From IMG/VR virus record IMGVR_UViG_3300009788_000088: 64,000 nucleotides of DNA. One strand, given 5' to 3'. Each line of letters begins with the position of its first letter. Position 1 is the first letter of the stretch. This document shows positions 59,842 through 64,000 of the stretch, one piece after another. Position numbers and translations under genes: made by a program. The stretch is from a virus. The notes under the pieces were generated by a model. It was not told the origin of the DNA, made no database searches, and worked only from the letters and a program-made list of their open reading frames with translations.

Positions 59842-60361
59842 ATCGTATTTCTCCTTTATCCATCTTATTGATGTAATAATGTACAATCTTTTTAATTTTA
59901 TCAATAATGTCTTCAACATCCGTATTAAGTGCCAACGCCAGCCCCTGCACAACATCTAACGGATCAAGACCCCTTTTCATACTTCTCTGAAACACCTTCT
60001 CTAAAATTTTCTTTGTATAATTAATCAATGATGTCCGTTTTAAAGGAACGCCGTTGATAAATCCAACCACTGGATTATTATAATCCTTTTTACAAAATTG
60101 GGTTCCTTCTAGTGCTTTCCAAAAAGGTCTGGCAGTTTCAATATCGTAATAAGACATTAGATCATCTATCATATGATCAACTGTTTGCCACTCCCCTCCT
60201 GTAATCATTTCCACCATCATAATAGTCAACACGTTGGTTGGGGGTAGGTCAATTACCTCTCCCCCGTTTTCTATTTCCCGATAATCCCCTAATTCACACA
60301 GAAAATCTATACCCTGAACCAAGTGAACCATTTCTGATGATTGCATTCTCGCTCCCGCCAT
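59831..60361 (-). CDS. hypothetical late protein
   Basis: 176 aa ORF; likely start at 60346 after GGGAG. Confidence 0.65.
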   Translation of the reverse strand: MAGARMQSSEMVHLVQGIDFLCELGDYREIENGGEVIDLPPTNVLTIMMVEMITGGEWQTVDHMIDDLMSYYDIETARPFWKALEGTQFCKKDYNNPVVGFINGVPLKRTSLINYTKKILEKVFQRSMKRGLDPLDVVQGLALALNTDVEDIIDKIKKIVHYYINKMDKGEIRYEQ

Positions 60362-60364
60362 TTT

Positions 60365-60375
60365 AAGTATTTATA
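60365..60375 (-). promoter_or_regulatory. late promoter
   Basis: TATAAATACTT. Confidence 0.7.
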
Positions 60376-63207
60376 TCAATTATTTATCATATCCCAAATC
60401 GTGACAACTCTTTCCGTAGTCCATCCTATTGTATCAAGAATATCCTTTAATGGATTGATAAACGCTTTCTTCCACTGAAGACCATAATCCACTTGGATAA
60501 TATCCTTCCATTCATGTGGAAACTTCGTACTGATACCGATCACATTAGAACGTAAAACATTAGGCTCAATCATGTAGGCAAATTTAATTTTCTCTCCTTC
60601 AGCGATGAATGGATATTTATTTTCCAAACCATACTTCTTTACAGCTTGATTATAAACCATAGACGCTCGGACTTGAATAGGCAATCCTTTCAGTTCATCA
60701 TGCTCTTTGTCTGCCAACACTTTGACCATTTCTCCGTCCAGACCGGGAACGGTTATTATCTTAGTATCACGATATTTATCATACGTATTGACTCCTTTGG
60801 GGAATGCCACGGCCTCAAACGGTAACGTGAAAAACTCCTTCTTCTTTTCCCTGATAAAATCAATAAGTGTATCATTGTCTTCAAGGAATGCCATCCGCAG
60901 TGATTCCTTGAGCCAGTCCCGAATAACTTGTGGGCTATCTGACCGTACCACCTGAATTCCGGTCTGATCAATCTTGGGGTTCTTAGTGTAATCTTTACCC
61001 TCATCATCCAACACCATATAAGCATATTTCTTTTTAGCCAGCGCAATGACCCCACCACAAATTTTCTCTCGGCCCATAGACATGTAATTGACACTGGAGT
61101 TCAACTTTACAGCACAATCATGGAATGCCTTTTCAATGACAGGTAATAATACTTGTTCACTAAGTCTATTTAAGAATCGGACGATTTCTTCTTGTGAGCC
61201 CCCATCAGGGAACCGCTGAGTCACCACAGTCCCCAGACGGACGTACACGCTGTCTGTATCAATCATTTTGATATAAGGGTGTACCACGGGCACCCCCTCA
61301 GCAGTAAACGTCTCCAGAGGCCCAAATGCGAGTGTCAGGTACTCACTAATAGCCTTCTCCACTGATTTGATATAAAATTGGGATGTCAGTGTGATGGATG
61401 AAGCCAGCGCCACGTCATAATAGGGGAAGAACTTGTTAGCATAGGCTCCGTACAGGGAGTTCAGGAGAATCTTGAGAGCATACTGTATCTGGTCCTTAGC
61501 GGCTATTTCATCCTCCAAATAACGATATTCATCAATATGCCCCCCACCAGTCATCTCATCATCAAGTTGCTGTTCAAGTGTTCTCATCTCTTTTTGAGTG
61601 GTTTTTCTTTGTTCAAAGATATCCTTGACCACTTCGGGAATGAATCCAAGAGTTCCGCCGTCCCGGTAGTAAAATTGACCATACTCTCGGCCGCCAGCTT
61701 CTACAGTTTGATCCTCCTGCCACGCCACACATAGATTATAATCCGGGTACTCCTCAAGGATAGAGGTATCTACCAACCCGTTGACTAACCCATCCACGGT
61801 TACATTATCTGACAATGCCTGTAAAGCTTCCGGGAGTTCATTTTCGTTTATTTTCCGTTCCGGGGAAATGTTGTTGCTGATAAGACATGTTGGATATTCC
61901 GATGCCACGTCAAAGCTGATAACCCATTCATCCAACCCCTTGATAGGTTCCTTCACGAACGCTCCGGGGTAAGGAGTCCACCGCTTAGTCTCACGGGTTG
62001 GTGTGGCAATCTTCCGTTCGTTCAGAATATTATATAGATAAGCTTCCCAGATACGCAAGGTGCCCAACACCTGTTCAAAATCCCCCAGTCCGGCCATGTA
62101 AGAAATGGTGGCTCCCAGTTGGATAAGCTGAAGTTTGTCATCCAACATCTTAACAAGATCGGCGTCATAAATGTTGTACTCAACGAACAATTGAAAATTC
62201 TGACGGTAAAGGGTGGCAAGGTCACCATACTTATCCCGGTAGTCAACTTTCTCTTTACCCAATTCGTACTTGGAAATGTAATCTAATGTAAAACTCTCCC
62301 GGCCCCCCGGTTGGAACTTCCTATACAATTCAATATAATCAAGGTGAGCCACGCCAGTAATAGTGTAACCTTCAACATCTTGATGCCTCAATCCTGAATC
62401 AGCAATAACCCGTTTTTCTCGGATAGTTCTGAAGGGAGATAGTTTGTACATTATTTTCTCTTCAATTTGACCGTACTTCGCCAGATATTTGATACGATTG
62501 ATGAAGTATGGGATATCAAACCCGAATGAGAACCACCCTGTTAAGACATCCGGATAGTCCTTACCACCTTCCCCAGAAAACACGTCGATGAATGATTTAA
62601 TAAGGAACGCTTCGTTCAGTTTTCCATCCGGCCCAGAACAGTTGAAGTACCGCACGTTGGGCTCATGTGGAACATAATCCGACTGACCATCTGGAGGTGC
62701 TGAGAAAACATACTTTTTATCTCTAGCAACATCGTAATAGGTCAAGGCTACGATAGGTTGGAAGGGGTTGTCGGGTTTCGCAAATCCACCCATGGTATCA
62801 ACCTCAATATCTAATACCCCCACTCGGATAAAAGGACATGTGAATGAACGCTCACTCCTTGGGAACACCTCAGCAATAAGCTGGGTAGGGATAGCAATAT
62901 CGTGGAGGGGTGACAACTTGTTGGGATTATGGATATCCCCATAAGGAGCCGCTTCATAATATTCGTTAATGGAATTGAATTCCTGAAGGTATACGGGAGT
63001 GCCGTTCAAAGACTTCCACTCAGACTCTCCGTGGAAAGCCCACCCTAATCGGGGTTTGAAATCTTCGGGGATTTTGTATTCTTTGTAACGCCGTTCACCG
63101 TTCTTAGTGTAATAAGAAACGATGAGTGAGCTTCTGCGGTTTCCTCTAAAAGACGAAGAAATATAAGTTCCGTCGATCTTCTCTACCACAAACCTATCCT
63201 TTCTCAT
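60376..63207 (-). CDS. 43: family B DNA polymerase (gp43-like)
   Basis: LDIEV, FDIPY, YNIYD, YPGAFVKEP, SFDVASEYP, KILLNSLYG, DTDS, KKKY. Confidence 0.97.
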   Translation of the reverse strand: MRKDRFVVEKIDGTYISSSFRGNRRSSLIVSYYTKNGERRYKEYKIPEDFKPRLGWAFHGESEWKSLNGTPVYLQEFNSINEYYEAAPYGDIHNPNKLSPLHDIAIPTQLIAEVFPRSERSFTCPFIRVGVLDIEVDTMGGFAKPDNPFQPIVALTYYDVARDKKYVFSAPPDGQSDYVPHEPNVRYFNCSGPDGKLNEAFLIKSFIDVFSGEGGKDYPDVLTGWFSFGFDIPYFINRIKYLAKYGQIEEKIMYKLSPFRTIREKRVIADSGLRHQDVEGYTITGVAHLDYIELYRKFQPGGRESFTLDYISKYELGKEKVDYRDKYGDLATLYRQNFQLFVEYNIYDADLVKMLDDKLQLIQLGATISYMAGLGDFEQVLGTLRIWEAYLYNILNERKIATPTRETKRWTPYPGAFVKEPIKGLDEWVISFDVASEYPTCLISNNISPERKINENELPEALQALSDNVTVDGLVNGLVDTSILEEYPDYNLCVAWQEDQTVEAGGREYGQFYYRDGGTLGFIPEVVKDIFEQRKTTQKEMRTLEQQLDDEMTGGGHIDEYRYLEDEIAAKDQIQYALKILLNSLYGAYANKFFPYYDVALASSITLTSQFYIKSVEKAISEYLTLAFGPLETFTAEGVPVVHPYIKMIDTDSVYVRLGTVVTQRFPDGGSQEEIVRFLNRLSEQVLLPVIEKAFHDCAVKLNSSVNYMSMGREKICGGVIALAKKKYAYMVLDDEGKDYTKNPKIDQTGIQVVRSDSPQVIRDWLKESLRMAFLEDNDTLIDFIREKKKEFFTLPFEAVAFPKGVNTYDKYRDTKIITVPGLDGEMVKVLADKEHDELKGLPIQVRASMVYNQAVKKYGLENKYPFIAEGEKIKFAYMIEPNVLRSNVIGISTKFPHEWKDIIQVDYGLQWKKAFINPLKDILDTIGWTTERVVTIWDMINN

Positions 63208-63249
63208 TTGAAGCGTATTTGAATAATGTACCAGAACGTTGGAGTAATG

Positions 63250-63633
63250 TCAATCCCAGATCGCAAGTATCCAAAAGCCCAGCAATCTGAGGGCTTCATC
63301 AATCTGTTCATACTCTTCCACGTTCAGGCCATAACGGGGTTGGCCAAACTCATCTGGAGGAAGGGTTCCATCCCTGTCCGCCGCCAGCAATTCAATGGCC
63401 GCAATGAGTTTATCAACGTATGCTTCCCATTGATTAGAGGTAAGAGGCATTGGATGGCCCATTAAATTTTTACGATACGCCTTGAGCCGAGGAAGCATCC
63501 AGTACAAAGTGGAATACCCCAAGTCCCAAACCTCATCATCAGAATAACCCCGAAATTTTCTTTGGAGTCGTATCTTGATATTGAATTTAAAATCTCTAAT
63601 CCGTGACCGCATTCTTCGAAAAAAGCGTTTCAT
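63250..63633 (-). CDS. hypothetical phage protein
   Basis: RGYSD.EVWDL...LPRL..Y...WD. Confidence 0.65.
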   Translation of the reverse strand: MKRFFRRMRSRIRDFKFNIKIRLQRKFRGYSDDEVWDLGYSTLYWMLPRLKAYRKNLMGHPMPLTSNQWEAYVDKLIAAIELLAADRDGTLPPDEFGQPRYGLNVEEYEQIDEALRLLGFWILAIWD

Positions 63634-63883
63634 GAAATGTGTCTCCCATTGTCATTAAAAGGTCTTGGTCAATTCGTTCACCAAATTCCGTTGTTAGAAT
63701 TTTTCTCAAATGAAATTCCATATCTATACTATCAATTCCGTAATGCCAATCACTGATAAAAACGAATGGTCCCGAATTTGGTTTCGGGAGCATAGCCAAC
63801 AATTTGGTAGGACTGACAGCCATTAACGCAAAACCAGCGCCCAAAGTCTTTAGAAAGCTACGTCTTTCTATTTTTAATGTCAC
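63596..63883 (-). CDS. small protein with twin-arginine signal peptide
   Basis: ERRSFLK + hydrophobic stretch; AGGAG RBS, GTG start. Confidence 0.65.
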   Translation of the reverse strand: MTLKIERRSFLKTLGAGFALMAVSPTKLLAMLPKPNSGPFVFISDWHYGIDSIDMEFHLRKILTTEFGERIDQDLLMTMGDTFHETLFSKNAVTD

Positions 63884-64000
63884 GGTAACACTCCTGTATA
63901 GTCATTGAAACGTGGCAACTTTTACAACCACATTCCCCAGCACAAGCGTAACTACAATCATCATTACAGGTACACTCAAAACAACAGCACATCGTTGTAT

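Noticed and set aside
41439-63207. Inteins, introns or homing endonucleases in nrdJ and polB
   Set aside because: Lengths are ordinary, reading frames are continuous, and no splice-junction or LAGLIDADG/HNH motifs were seen
1-64000. CRISPR array, tRNA or rRNA genes
   Set aside because: No regularly spaced repeat-spacer series and no convincing cloverleaf or T-loop found by eye; the dispersed repeats are promoters. tRNAscan was not run.
1-64000. Stop-codon reassignment
   Set aside because: Core genes are full length in the standard code, and TAA, TAG and TGA all terminate genes

Overview
This 64 kb window comes from a large lytic T4-like dsDNA phage, probably infecting a Gram-negative host (it encodes an outer-membrane beta-strand protein and Tat signal peptides). 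Nearly all genes lie on the minus strand. The left and middle parts hold dense small accessory ORFs in cassettes behind a repeated sigma70-type early promoter. The right part is a T4-type replication module: gp43 polB, gp61 primase, gp45/44/62 clamp and loader, RegA, gp33-gp59-gp32 and UvsX. Nucleotide and repair genes include class II RNR, ThyX, NAD-dependent ligase, NADAR, SLOG, DHH, metallophosphoesterases and an NDT-like enzyme. Main observations: (1) about 12-14 otherwise unrelated proteins, all downstream of TAAATACTT late-type promoters, share an N-terminal M-(K/R)-x-F-xxx-(L/I)-x-E tag resembling the T4 internal-protein capsid-targeting sequence. This is a candidate virion-packaged effector set including ADP-ribosyltransferase-like, RNase-like and ParB-like cargo. 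(2) A stand-alone transcription unit whose strong SD is followed only by the minigene ATG-AGA-TAA. (3) Three distinct promoter classes. (4) Two small twin-arginine signal proteins. No tRNA, CRISPR array, integrase or reverse transcriptase was recognised. All family calls come from motif recognition by eye; no database search was run.
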